Below, in pieces: positions 1 through 9,216 of a DNA stretch of 64,000 nt (positions within the stretch are counted from its first letter, which is position 1; each line of letters starts with the position of its first letter). This DNA comes from Bacillales bacterium UBA4278 (GTDB lineage Bacteria > Bacillota_I > Bacilli_A > RFN20 > CAG-826). Below the pieces are notes generated by a model. It was not told the origin of the DNA. It was given only the letters and a program-made list of their open reading frames with translations, and searched no databases. The translations under genes were made by a program, and so were the position numbers. The stretch lies in contig DGVS01000001.1 in assembly GCA_002395065.1 (NCBI GenBank), forward strand, positions 41,841-105,840. Direction: 5' to 3'.

Positions 1-761
1 ATCAAATTGGAGAAGAAATTATCTCAATTTTAAAACTATATGATGAAATTTATTCTCTCTTTGGTCTTAACTATAAGATCGAATTATCCACTCGCCCAGA
101 AGAAGGCTATATTGGTGACATCAAGATTTGGGATGAATCCGAAAGAATCCTTGAAGAAGTCTGCCGTAAATCTGGAAAAGAATTTAAGATTAATCCAGGA
201 GATGGCGCTTTCTATGGACCAAAACTTGACTTTAAAGTCAAAGATAGTATGAATCGTATCTGGCAATGCGGAACAATCCAACTCGATATGAACCTCCCAG
301 AAAGATTCGATGTCAGTTACATTGATGACAAAGGCGAAAAGGCTCGTCCAGTGATGATTCACCGTGCTTGCTTCGGTTCAATTGAAAGATTTGTTGGTGT
401 TATTACCGAACACTTTGCTGGTGCTTTCCCACTTTGGTTAGCTCCAGAACAAGTGCACGTTTTACCAGTTAATGATGAATTCCATTTGGAATATTCTAAG
501 AAGGTTGTTAAGACTCTTGAAGAAAAAGGAGTACGAGTTAAACTCGACTCTGCCGAAGATAAACTGGGTTACCGTTTACGTAATACACAAGTGAAGAAAA
601 TTCCATACACTTTAGTTATCGGTGATAACGAAAAGAATGAAGGAACTGTCACTTATCGACACTTCGGAACCAAAGCTCAACATACTGTAAAACTCGAAGA
701 ATTTGTGGAGATGATTCAAAAAGAAATCTCAAGCAAATCCCTACCGGTTTACGAAGAATAA
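1..761 (+). CDS. thrS: threonyl-tRNA synthetase, C-terminal part (5' end lies outside the window; frame 3)
   Basis: Frame 3 is open from nt 3 and reads ...KIELSTRPEE..GAFYGPKLDF..WQCGTIQLD..RPVMIHRACFGSIERF.., which is the class II core plus anticodon-binding domain. ORF-track 249..761 is its tail. Confidence 0.9.
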   Translation, partial: QIGEEIISILKLYDEIYSLFGLNYKIELSTRPEEGYIGDIKIWDESERILEEVCRKSGKEFKINPGDGAFYGPKLDFKVKDSMNRIWQCGTIQLDMNLPERFDVSYIDDKGEKARPVMIHRACFGSIERFVGVITEHFAGAFPLWLAPEQVHVLPVNDEFHLEYSKKVVKTLEEKGVRVKLDSAEDKLGYRLRNTQVKKIPYTLVIGDNEKNEGTVTYRHFGTKAQHTVKLEEFVEMIQKEISSKSLPVYEE

Positions 762-784
762 CCGAGAATTGCATTACATTTTAA

Positions 785-812
785 GTCAGCGTTTTAAAAA
801 CGTTGACTTTTT
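785..812 (+). terminator. intrinsic terminator after thrS
   Basis: GTCAGCGTT / AACGTTGAC forms a 9-bp stem (one G.U) with loop TTAAA, followed by TTTTT. Confidence 0.6.
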
Positions 813-842
813 ATTTTCTAGCTCATTGTGTATACTCATAAT

Positions 843-2897
843 GTGAAAAGAAAGTTCTTAATCAGTTTAGTTGCTCTTTTTGTTTTGAGTGCATGTCAGA
901 GTAATAAACAAAATAGTGATGGTTCAAAACCAACGTTTTCATCAACCTCTGATGCATCAGTAAGTACAACCTCTGAAGGACCTTCTTCAGTCGCTCCAAC
1001 AAGTGCAACTCAACCTATTGGAAGTAGTTCTACTTATAACCCGACAAGTTTAGGTTCTAAATCAACAGGTTCTGGTTCGAACTCTATGAGTTCTGTGACA
1101 CCAAGTAGCTCTAGTTCCTCTTCCACCACTTCAGGCTCTATCACACCAACTCCACCTGACGAGTTTAGTTTTTCTAAAACAGAACTAACAATCGATATCA
1201 ATTCAACTTACACTGCTTCTTTAAGCGTTTTTAATCCGGTTAGTTCAACTGAAAAGATTTCTTGGAGCGTTCCACATTCCAACATTATTCGTCTTGAAAA
1301 AACCGAGACTGTTAGTGAAGAAACAAACACGATTAATGCCATTACTGTTGGTAGTGTTCGCCTTAAGGGCGAAGTAAACGGAAAAACCGCCTTCTGCGAT
1401 ATTAATGTTATTAACTCAAAAGAGAAACCAACAAGCGGGACTCAGAATATTGCTATATATGCCATTAATGACTACCATGGCGCAGTCACAAATGAATTTA
1501 GTATCAAACATCTTGGATCATTAATTAAACAAAAGGTTAGTCAGAAAGACACTTTATTCTTAGACCAAGGTGATACGTTCCAAGGAACACTACAATCAAA
1601 CTACAACTACGGAAGAATGATTACTGATGTTTATAATGCTGCTGGAATGTCTGCTCGTACTGTTGGTAACCATGATTTTGACTGGGGGGAAGCACGTTTA
1701 AAAGCGAATACAAATGCTAATTATCACGGCTATTCCACTCCTGTTTTAGCAGCAAATGTCTATGATTATGACTTTTCAACAAAGACAATGGGCAATGAGC
1801 AACAATTTGAAATTGGACAAGAATATACAACTTTTACATTGGAATCTGGAATTAAGGTTGGTGTTATTGGTCTTATCGGAGAAGAATGTATCACCAGTAT
1901 TAACTCCCAATTTGTTGAAGAGTATGGATTTAAAAATTCAGCCCAAATCACAAAAATGATTTCCGACAAACTACGTACTGAAGAAAACTGTGATGTTGTT
2001 ATTGCATCAATTCATGATGGTTATAATGATTACTACGCTAATCAAGTTACCAGTGAATCTCCAGTATCAAACAAAAAATATGTTGATTTAGTCCTTAATG
2101 GCCACACCCATTCTAAGCAACAAGAAACATATAACAATGTTACCTTTGCTCAATTTGGAGAGAAGGGTGAAACGATTGGAAAAATCAATTTAAACTATGA
2201 CTTCGCAACAGGTTTAGTAAGCAACACTACTGTTTATAATTTATCTAGTTCATCACTTTTAAGTGATGTCCCAGTGCTTGATCAAGAAATCGTGGACATC
2301 GTTGATTTCTACGAAGACCAAGTAAATGACATCAAAGATGAGGTTTTAACAACACAACTTAGTGGTACGTTTGATGAATACGAAACTTTACCAAACTATG
2401 TTTCTAAAGCGATGTATCATGCTTCAATCAGCCAAGGTTATGATGTTTCTTATGCCATCGTTAATAAATCACGTGAACCACTTAATGGACCAACTGTTAC
2501 TTACGAAACATTATTCCATTCATTACCATTTGATAACGTGATCTACATTATCAAGGTTCTTGGAAGTGAGATTCGTAATGAATTAGGTTGGAGTTCCAAT
2601 AGTTTTTACAGAGGAAATAATGCTGATGCATTATCAGCTCTAGATGATTCGAAGATTTATACAATCGCTTGTATTGATTATTTAGCATTCCACTGTAACT
2701 CATATCGTGATTACAACTATTTCCCTTCAGTTAACTCAATGGGATACCTTACCAAAAACGATCAATATTACACTTATCGCGAGATTACCGCGGATTATAT
2801 GAGAAATACGTCAGGAACGATTTCATCTAGTTCATATAGGGATAGTCTGGACCATTTTAATCCATACAAACTTTCCGAAAGTATCACAAACGAATAA
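843..2897 (+). CDS. surface lipoprotein: Ser/Thr/Pro-rich linker + Ig-like (Big_2-type) domain + metallophosphoesterase/5'-nucleotidase
   Basis: Signal peptide with lipobox LSAC. Metallophosphatase motifs DQGDTFQG, GNHDFDWG and NGHTHS, plus a 5'-nucleotidase-like C-terminal domain. The ORF-track start is GTG 828; GTG 843 (MKRKFLISL...) is more likely because a TATACT -10 box lies at 831-836. Confidence 0.8.
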   Translation: MKRKFLISLVALFVLSACQSNKQNSDGSKPTFSSTSDASVSTTSEGPSSVAPTSATQPIGSSSTYNPTSLGSKSTGSGSNSMSSVTPSSSSSSSTTSGSITPTPPDEFSFSKTELTIDINSTYTASLSVFNPVSSTEKISWSVPHSNIIRLEKTETVSEETNTINAITVGSVRLKGEVNGKTAFCDINVINSKEKPTSGTQNIAIYAINDYHGAVTNEFSIKHLGSLIKQKVSQKDTLFLDQGDTFQGTLQSNYNYGRMITDVYNAAGMSARTVGNHDFDWGEARLKANTNANYHGYSTPVLAANVYDYDFSTKTMGNEQQFEIGQEYTTFTLESGIKVGVIGLIGEECITSINSQFVEEYGFKNSAQITKMISDKLRTEENCDVVIASIHDGYNDYYANQVTSESPVSNKKYVDLVLNGHTHSKQQETYNNVTFAQFGEKGETIGKINLNYDFATGLVSNTTVYNLSSSSLLSDVPVLDQEIVDIVDFYEDQVNDIKDEVLTTQLSGTFDEYETLPNYVSKAMYHASISQGYDVSYAIVNKSREPLNGPTVTYETLFHSLPFDNVIYIIKVLGSEIRNELGWSSNSFYRGNNADALSALDDSKIYTIACIDYLAFHCNSYRDYNYFPSVNSMGYLTKNDQYYTYREITADYMRNTSGTISSSSYRDSLDHFNPYKLSESITNE

Positions 2898-2904
2898 AAA
2901 AGAT

Positions 2905-2933
2905 TTGACAACACATTATATGTGTAGTTAAAT
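2905..2933 (+). promoter_or_regulatory. sigma-A type promoter of the infC-rpmI-rplT operon
   Basis: TTGACA (2905-2910), 17-nt spacer, TTAAAT (2928-2933). Confidence 0.65.
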
Positions 2934-2939
2934 ATCACT

Positions 2940-3060
2940 GCAAAACGTAGAAAGAAGAGCGCCCGAACGCTTCTCACCAGATCGATGAATCGATTGGTAC
3001 ATTGCTACTGTAAAGATGATTTATGTTAGTAGAACGGGCGCACTTCGTGCCCGTTTTTAT
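2940..3060 (+). promoter_or_regulatory. candidate L20 (rplT)-responsive attenuator leader upstream of infC
   Basis: About 120-nt structured leader ending in a terminator hairpin (3034-3041 pairs with 3047-3054, then TTTTT) just before the infC RBS. Position and architecture match the Firmicute L20 leader. Confidence 0.55.
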
Positions 3061-3083
3061 TACTTGTAAAGGAGATAAAAGTT

Positions 3084-3635
3084 ATCAACTATCCAATTAA
3101 ACAAGGACCACAACGTCCAAACAAGCAAAATGCTGATCTCATTAACGAAAGGGTTCGTTTCCCAGAAGTGCTCTTAATCGGAGCGAATGGAGAACAACTT
3201 GGTCGTATGTCTTCTAAAGAAGCATATGATTACGCGGTTCGTGCCGAACTTGACTTAGTCTGTGTTGCGCCAAACGCTCAACCACCAGTTTGTAAAATTA
3301 TGAACTATGGTAAATATCGTTTCGAACAACAAAAGAAAGCCAAAGAAAATAAAAAGAAACAACACGTTATCGAGATCAAAGAAGTTCAACTTACTCCACA
3401 AATTGGAATCCATGACTTAGAAACCAAAGCTAAAGCAGCTCGTAAGTTCTTAGAAAATGGAGACAAAGTCAAAGTTGGTGTCCGCTTCCGCGGTCGTCAA
3501 ATGACTCACTTAGATATTGGAGAAGAAACGATGAATCGTTTCATTGCTTGTTTAGAAGACATCTCAGTCGTCGAAAAGAAACCAGAAATGGAAGGACGTT
3601 GGATGAACGCCGTTATTGCACCAAAAAGAAAGTAG
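3084..3635 (+). CDS. infC: translation initiation factor IF-3
   Basis: The IF3 sequence continues upstream of ORF-track start 3168: ...NADLINERVRFPEVLLIGANGEQLG. The only in-frame start with an RBS (AAGGAG at 3069-3074, 9-nt spacing) is ATC at 3084. A non-AUG start is characteristic of infC. Confidence 0.85.
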   Translation: MNYPIKQGPQRPNKQNADLINERVRFPEVLLIGANGEQLGRMSSKEAYDYAVRAELDLVCVAPNAQPPVCKIMNYGKYRFEQQKKAKENKKKQHVIEIKEVQLTPQIGIHDLETKAKAARKFLENGDKVKVGVRFRGRQMTHLDIGEETMNRFIACLEDISVVEKKPEMEGRWMNAVIAPKRK

Positions 3636-3647
3636 AGGAAAACACAC

Positions 3648-3839
3648 ATGCCAAAGATGAAAACAAAAAGAGCATTAGCAAAACGTGTGAAAGTGACTGG
3701 TTCTGGTCAACTCAAACGTCATAGTGCTTACACATCTCACCTTGCTCCACGCAAGACCACAAAACAAAAAAGACATTTAAGAAAGGCTTCACTCGTCTCC
3801 AAAAGTGACTACACAAGAGTGAAAACCTTAATTCAATAA
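3648..3839 (+). CDS. rpmI: ribosomal protein L35
   Basis: [13 protein letters not shown]... is a basic 63-aa protein sitting between infC and rplT. Confidence 0.95.
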   Translation: MPKMKTKRALAKRVKVTGSGQLKRHSAYTSHLAPRKTTKQKRHLRKASLVSKSDYTRVKTLIQ

Positions 3840-3853
3840 GGAGGTAGACTAGA

Positions 3854-4207
3854 ATGGCTAGAGTTAAAAATAGCGTGACAACACATGCACGTCGTAAAAA
3901 AATCTTAAAAAGAGCTTCTGGTTACTTCGGAAGTAAACACCTCCTCTTCAAGACTGCCAAAGAACAAGTCTTAAGAAGTCTTCGATATTCTTATATCGAC
4001 CGTAAGCAACTTAAATCTGATTTCCGTAAATTATGGATTAAAAGAATTAATGCTGCTTGCCGCTTAAATGATATTTCTTATTCCCGCTTTATTAACGGCT
4101 TAAACAAAGCTGGTGTCAAAGTGAATCGTAAGATGCTTGCCGAACTTGCTATTAACGATCCAAAGGCATTCGCTGATTTAGTTGCTATTGCTAAAAAAGC
4201 AAAATAA
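3854..4207 (+). CDS. rplT: ribosomal protein L20
   Basis: [19 protein letters not shown].. matches L20. RBS is AAGGAGG. Confidence 0.95.
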   Translation: MARVKNSVTTHARRKKILKRASGYFGSKHLLFKTAKEQVLRSLRYSYIDRKQLKSDFRKLWIKRINAACRLNDISYSRFINGLNKAGVKVNRKMLAELAINDPKAFADLVAIAKKAK

Positions 4208-4225
4208 GAAAAGACGCAAAAAACA

Positions 4226-4252
4226 AAGGAAGGATGTATCCTTCCTTTTTTT
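4226..4252. terminator. bidirectional terminator between rplT and thiI
   Basis: AAGGAAGGAT-GT-ATCCTTCCTT gives a perfect 10-bp stem, with an A-run on one side and a T-run on the other. Confidence 0.8.
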
Positions 4253-5426
4253 ATAGCAATGAGTCTTCTTTTTTAACGTAGATTACTTCAACATGATCAA
4301 GAGCTTCATTGATTAATGTTTCATAATCAAATTTTGATTCATACTCAATCGCTTTTGATAGCGATGGTTTTGTTTTTGGATTTTTTGGAGCAAAGATTGT
4401 ACAACAATCCTCAAACGGCCTAATAGAAATATCGAATGTATCGATCTTGCGAGCTAGTTTGATGATGTCGACTTTATCCATGGCGACTACTGGACGAATC
4501 ACTGGTAACTTTGTTACCTCATTAATTGTAAACATTGATTCAAGTGTTTGCGATGCAACTTGGCCAACGCTTTCTCCAGAGGAGATGGCTGGGCAACCGC
4601 GGCGATGTGCAAGTCGATCAGCTAATCGAAACATCATTCGTCGCATAATTGTGATGGCATAACTTTCATCACTCACCCGATAAATTTCTTCCTGAATTTT
4701 GGTAAATGGAATAATGTTTAGTCGAATTTCTGGTTGATATTTATTAAGTTTACTTAATAAGTCTTTTAATTTTTCAATTACTCCAACGTTTGTGTATGGA
4801 GGTGAAGCAAAGTGAATACATTCAATCTTGATACCGCGTCTCATCAAAAGATAAGCTGCGACTGGAGAATCGATTCCTCCAGATAGCATGTGCATAATTT
4901 TGCCTCCAACTCCTAGTGGATAGCCTCCACAAGCTGGATATGTTTTACAAAAGACATAGGCGCCTTCTTGTCTAATCTCGATTGATAGAAGAATGTCAGG
5001 ATGATGGACATCAACTTTAAGTGATGTGTTTGAAAGAATGTTACCAGCGATATGTTTAATAATCTCATCAGAAATAATTGGATAAGATTTATCGGCACGT
5101 TTACATTTAATTTTAAATGTGTGACCTTCTTCTTTCTTAATTAAATCCAAACTAACTCTTTTTAAATTTTCAATTTCCGGATCAGTTTTATAAACAAGAG
5201 ATAAAGAGTGAATTCCGGAAACATCCTGTAAAACCTCAATAACAGGCTCAGGATCATTTCCGTTTAAAACGACATAAATATGATCAAATCTTGTTTCAAT
5301 TATAAGATTAGAAAACTCTGATAAAGCATTCTTAATATTGCGAGCTAAAACACGGATAAAATCTTTCTTGTTTTTACCCTTGGTTGATAACTCGCCAAAG
5401 CGAACCATAATGTGGTCGTATGTCAT
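4251..5426 (-). CDS. thiI: tRNA 4-thiouridine synthase ThiI
   Basis: THUMP-type N-terminus, PP-loop SGGIDSPVA, 391 aa, downstream of a cysteine desulfurase gene. Confidence 0.9.
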   Translation of the reverse strand: MTYDHIMVRFGELSTKGKNKKDFIRVLARNIKNALSEFSNLIIETRFDHIYVVLNGNDPEPVIEVLQDVSGIHSLSLVYKTDPEIENLKRVSLDLIKKEEGHTFKIKCKRADKSYPIISDEIIKHIAGNILSNTSLKVDVHHPDILLSIEIRQEGAYVFCKTYPACGGYPLGVGGKIMHMLSGGIDSPVAAYLLMRRGIKIECIHFASPPYTNVGVIEKLKDLLSKLNKYQPEIRLNIIPFTKIQEEIYRVSDESYAITIMRRMMFRLADRLAHRRGCPAISSGESVGQVASQTLESMFTINEVTKLPVIRPVVAMDKVDIIKLARKIDTFDISIRPFEDCCTIFAPKNPKTKPSLSKAIEYESKFDYETLINEALDHVEVIYVKKEDSLL

Positions 5427-6562
5427 CGAATGTTCTCCAATACTTTATTTAATTCACGCGTGAAAAGTTCTGCATCTTCCTCGGTGTTATCATCTCCAAA
5501 AGAGAGGCGAATGGTGTTGTGTGAAGCAACACTATTTTTACCTAAGGCTTCAACAACATAAGACATTGGTTCACGTTTTGAGTTACAGGCACTAACAGAT
5601 GAAACATAGATACCTAAATTAGATAAAGCTTCTACCACAACACTAGCTTTTTTATGTGTTAATGAAAAGTTTAAAATATATGGACTTCCATGTTCATTTG
5701 AGTTGAATTCAAGACCATCGATTTTTTCTAAATTAACCAAGAATTGCTGGTGAATTTTTGCAATTCGTAAGGATTCTATGGAGATTTTTGATTGAACAAT
5801 AGAGATGGCTTTTGCAAGCGAACACGCTAAAGCAACAGGCACAGTTCCACTACGTAATCCATCTTCTTGACCACCACCAAAAACAAGTGGTTCTAAGTCA
5901 ACGTTCTCTTTTAAAATGAGACATCCCGAACCTTTCAATCCATGAACTTTATGGCCAGAAATAGCAAACATATCAATTAAAGAAAAGTTTACTTTATCCT
6001 TGCCAATTGATTGGGTTGTATCAGAGTGAAAAACTGCTTTTGGATATTGATGAACAATCTTTGAGAGTTCTTCTAAATTATTCATTGAGCCAATCTCGTT
6101 ATTAGTGGACATTAAAGAAACCAAAATTGTTTTGTCAGTCATTGCTTTTATGAGTTCTTGTGGCTCAACAACACCATCTTTATTCACTTTTAAATAAGTA
6201 ACGTCAAATCCTTGTGATTCAAGATATTTAAAGCACTCTAAAACGGATGGATGTTCAACATTTGAAGTGATAATGTGTTTTCCACGATGAATGTGTTTTA
6301 AACAATAGCCGAGAATTGCCAGGTTATTTGCCTCTGTAGCACCAGAAGTAAAGATAACCTTGTAACCTTTATTTAATCCAAACGATTTCAAGATTAATTC
6401 ACGTGCTTTATTTAATAAAGAGAGTGCATCAATACCTAATCCGTGGATTGATGCAGAGTTACCATAGTGTTCAGTTTCAATCTTCGTAAATAAAGAAACC
6501 ACCTCATCGTATGGTTTGGTGGTTGCTGCATGATCAAGATAAATACTCTTAACGTTTTTCAT
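5423..6562 (-). CDS. iscS: cysteine desulfurase (NifS/IscS family, NifZ-like partner of ThiI)
   Basis: IYLDHAATT start, PLP-site SGHKVHG, active-site loop SACNS. The likely start is MKNVKS at 6562, 4 codons inside the ORF-track start. Confidence 0.85.
   Translation of the reverse strand: MKNVKSIYLDHAATTKPYDEVVSLFTKIETEHYGNSASIHGLGIDALSLLNKARELILKSFGLNKGYKVIFTSGATEANNLAILGYCLKHIHRGKHIITSNVEHPSVLECFKYLESQGFDVTYLKVNKDGVVEPQELIKAMTDKTILVSLMSTNNEIGSMNNLEELSKIVHQYPKAVFHSDTTQSIGKDKVNFSLIDMFAISGHKVHGLKGSGCLILKENVDLEPLVFGGGQEDGLRSGTVPVALACSLAKAISIVQSKISIESLRIAKIHQQFLVNLEKIDGLEFNSNEHGSPYILNFSLTHKKASVVVEALSNLGIYVSSVSACNSKREPMSYVVEALGKNSVASHNTIRLSFGDDNTEEDAELFTRELNKVLENIR
5733..5759 (+). repeat. copy 1 of the TTAWCCAAGAATTGCTGGT + T-run repeat (inside iscS, antisense)
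   Basis: ttaaccaagaattgctggt-gaattttt. The 19-mer is identical to 33618-33636. Confidence 0.8.
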
Positions 6563-8258
6563 TCGCGTGAACACGCTTTAACGCATCTCCAACAGTTGTA
6601 TAGGCATTTTCAAACTCACCAGCACGGAAGTATTCCTCGGCGTGTTTGACGAGTTCATTGATATCACTTAAATGGAAACGGTCACTATTAGCGAAAACAA
6701 TGGCGTTCTCGGCAAGAATGGCCATATTAAGATCTTGCTTCACTTGTCCTTCTTCTCCAAGAAGAGAATTAGAAAGTTCCTTAATTTCAGAAACCTCACG
6801 ATTAACTTCTTCAACATTGATTGGTTGGACAATTAATCTTTTATAAACCGAGTTTAGTAATTCATAAAGGTGATTGAATGGAACTTGATATTTTTCACTA
6901 ACTGATTTGATATTGATTTCATCAACATCCTTCTCAGCTTCGACAATTTTGTTAAAGAAATCATAAACTAAGTTATAAGCGTATTCAGAATCTTCTTTCA
7001 AAGAAAGAATATAGTTATTGAAATCGTCAATTTCACTAATAATTGATTCAGATGAAGATTTCAGTTCGTTCATCTTCTTTAAAAGAAGAGAATATGGTTG
7101 TTTTGTTGCACTATGAACAAATGTATCAAGTGTTCTTTTTAAAGCGCCAACACGATTAATTTCGGATTGAATATGATTAATCTTGTTGTGTTGTTCATCG
7201 CTAATAACAAACACTTTTGAGACTTCAGGAATCGTATTGCAAAGCTTAATAAAGCTTTTTTCAATTGTACCAACGTTGTTATAAACGTGTTCATTGTTTT
7301 GCTCAAAATCAACGCGAGCTGCTTTCTCTTCTTCAAACAATTTGAAGTATTCATCAATTTGAAGTGAGATGTCATCAAGTTTGTTTCTAACACCATCAAG
7401 GTCGAAACGTTTAATTCGTGTTGTTAAAAGAGAAACCTCTTTCTTAATTTCTTCAATGGATTGTTTAACGCATAAATGATGAAGCGGATAATGGTCTTTG
7501 CTCATCACTTCATAAGCGTTCTCTAAAGAAATCAGTTTGTCTGGAACAACAGATGTGACAAGTGTGCATAGTTCAGGAATGGCAATTAAAATCTTTGCTA
7601 GTTCTTTTACGATGTCTTCAATTTTAGGAAGAACAGCATTTGCTTCGTCATATTGAGCGGCTTCAACATATGCTTCGAATTCTTCAAATAAGGAATCGAC
7701 ATACTTAAAGACTTCAACAAACGAATCGTTGACTAAAGTGAGATCTGATTGCTTCGCGTAATAATCCTGACGGATACGACGAAGTTGTTCTTTCAAAGAA
7801 AGTGAAGATTGGCGGCAGTTTTCTTCTGGTTTGATGACTTTTAATAAGTCATTATTGAGAATATTCACTTCCTTTTCATACTCTTCGACAATCTTAAGAA
7901 CCTTTGGAAGTTCTTGACGCACAAGTTTAATCTTGTGGTCATAATAAAGGTCCTTAATATCGTTGACTTGGCGTTGTGCAGATGCGTCGAGGTGGTCCCT
8001 AATCTCTTTGAAACGTTTGACGAATCTTGTGTGGGTGTCCACATAAAGAAGATTTGTTCTAGAAATAATTTCTAGACGTTTAACATACTGGGCGTCTTGT
8101 CCAATTAACAATGCATGAAGGTATTGGAAACGACGGTCCATATCGAGGATCGTGTGTTTCAAAGTGTTGTGTTTAATTATTAAAATAATTACAAATACAA
8201 TTGCCGCAGCAACGATAACCGAAGCAATGATAATTAGAGCAAGAATTCCACCATTCAT
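6549..8258 (-). CDS. ezrA: septation ring formation regulator EzrA-like (N-terminal TM helix + long coiled-coil)
   Basis: 569 aa with a single N-terminal TM helix and repeated coiled-coil/spectrin-like regions. The ezrA / nifZ-thiI / rpsD / tyrS / ccpA neighbourhood is the same as in Bacillus. Confidence 0.7.
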   Translation of the reverse strand: MNGGILALIIIASVIVAAAIVFVIILIIKHNTLKHTILDMDRRFQYLHALLIGQDAQYVKRLEIISRTNLLYVDTHTRFVKRFKEIRDHLDASAQRQVNDIKDLYYDHKIKLVRQELPKVLKIVEEYEKEVNILNNDLLKVIKPEENCRQSSLSLKEQLRRIRQDYYAKQSDLTLVNDSFVEVFKYVDSLFEEFEAYVEAAQYDEANAVLPKIEDIVKELAKILIAIPELCTLVTSVVPDKLISLENAYEVMSKDHYPLHHLCVKQSIEEIKKEVSLLTTRIKRFDLDGVRNKLDDISLQIDEYFKLFEEEKAARVDFEQNNEHVYNNVGTIEKSFIKLCNTIPEVSKVFVISDEQHNKINHIQSEINRVGALKRTLDTFVHSATKQPYSLLLKKMNELKSSSESIISEIDDFNNYILSLKEDSEYAYNLVYDFFNKIVEAEKDVDEINIKSVSEKYQVPFNHLYELLNSVYKRLIVQPINVEEVNREVSEIKELSNSLLGEEGQVKQDLNMAILAENAIVFANSDRFHLSDINELVKHAEEYFRAGEFENAYTTVGDALKRVHANEKR

Positions 8259-8274
8259 ACGTTGAATATTACCA
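8259..8274 (-). promoter_or_regulatory. extended -10 promoter placed for a leaderless ezrA mRNA
   Basis: The minus strand reads TGGTAATAT-tcaacgt-ATG. The -10 box is at 8271..8266, 7 nt before the ATG at 8258, with no SD. Confidence 0.5.
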
Positions 8275-8378
8275 TATTTAACTCTTGTTTTCTACTAAAA
8301 ACAATGAAGGAATATGTCTGTTTTTTGCCACTTTGGATTAGAAAAAACTCCTAATATAAAATATTAGATGAGTTGGTA

Positions 8379-8407
8379 TTGACAACCATTTTTGATTTCT
8401 TTATTAT
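8379..8407 (+). promoter_or_regulatory. rpsD promoter
   Basis: TTGACA (8379-8384), 17-nt spacer, TATTAT (8402-8407). Confidence 0.7.
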
Positions 8408-8413
8408 ATAACT

Positions 8414-8569
8414 CGCATTGTTGAAGCATGTAAATACTGCTTGACTGATGTCTCAACTATCGTGGATGAGTAAGCTTAGCTCAAGACCGAAAGTCAATCT
8501 GATGACATCCGAAGCAAGGAATTTACACCTCAAGCTAAATGATGCATTTAGTGAAAGGAGTCATAAATC
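8414..8569 (+). promoter_or_regulatory. long structured 5' leader of rpsD (candidate S4 autoregulatory element)
   Basis: About 155-nt leader with helices AAGCA/TGCTT, GATGTC/GACATC and CTAAATG-atg-CATTTAG, the last abutting the SD AAAGGAG. Confidence 0.5.
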
Positions 8570-9172
8570 ATGAGATATACTGGTTCAGACTACAAACGTT
8601 CACGTCGTCTTGGTTTTTCCACTTTGGAATCTGGTAAAGAACTTGCCAAACGTCCATATGGTCCAGGCCAACACGGTAATGATCGTAAGAAAAAACCTTC
8701 TGAATACGGCAAACAATTGCTCGAAAAACAAAAACTCGAACAAATGTATGGTGTCAATGAACGTCAATTCCGTCGTTTATTCATCCTTGCTAAAAAGAGC
8801 GATGAAGTTACAGGCTTAGCCTTCTTCCGTATCCTTGAATCCCGTTTAGACAATCTTGTCTACCGTATGGGATTTGCAAGAACTCGCCGTGCGGCTCGTC
8901 AACTTGTTAACCACGGACACATCACTGTCAATGGTAAAAAAGTTGATATCCCATCATACCTCTGCTCTGTTGGTGACAAAATCGCCATCAAAGAAGGTCA
9001 TGATCTTGCCATTGTGAAGGCTTCACTTGAAAGCAAACCAGCCTCTGTTGGTTATGTCAAAGTCGATGCTGAAAAATTATCCGGAGAATTCGTCCGCGTT
9101 CCAGAACGTAGCGAACTTCCAATGGATATTAATGAAGCACAAGTTATTGAATACTACAACAGATTGCTGTAA
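8570..9172 (+). CDS. rpsD: ribosomal protein S4
   Basis: MRYTGSDYKRSRRLG.. with an S4 domain, 200 aa. Confidence 0.95.
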   Translation: MRYTGSDYKRSRRLGFSTLESGKELAKRPYGPGQHGNDRKKKPSEYGKQLLEKQKLEQMYGVNERQFRRLFILAKKSDEVTGLAFFRILESRLDNLVYRMGFARTRRAARQLVNHGHITVNGKKVDIPSYLCSVGDKIAIKEGHDLAIVKASLESKPASVGYVKVDAEKLSGEFVRVPERSELPMDINEAQVIEYYNRLL

Positions 9173-9192
9173 TTCAAATTTGAGCAAAGTAA

Positions 9193-9216
9193 AAGGAACC
9201 TCAAGGTTCCTTTTTT
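9193..9216. terminator. bidirectional terminator after rpsD
   Basis: AAGGAACC-tcaa-GGTTCCTT followed by TTTT. Confidence 0.75.

Noticed and set aside
900-1170. Possible tandem repeat or contingency locus in the Ser/Thr-rich part of the 5'-nucleotidase gene.
   Set aside because: The amino-acid composition is repetitive, but I could not find an exact repeating nucleotide unit. It is treated as a low-complexity linker.
5746-5752. GCTGGTG within two repeat copies (5746-5752 and 62925-62931) resembles the E. coli Chi site GCTGGTGG.
   Set aside because: It matches only 7 of 8 nt, in only two of five copies. Chi sequences are lineage-specific and differ in low-GC bacteria, so this is most likely coincidence.
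8285-8378. Possible small RNA in the ~95 nt between the ezrA promoter and the rpsD promoter.
   Set aside because: I could identify no promoter-plus-terminator pair and no stable hairpin, so the evidence is insufficient.
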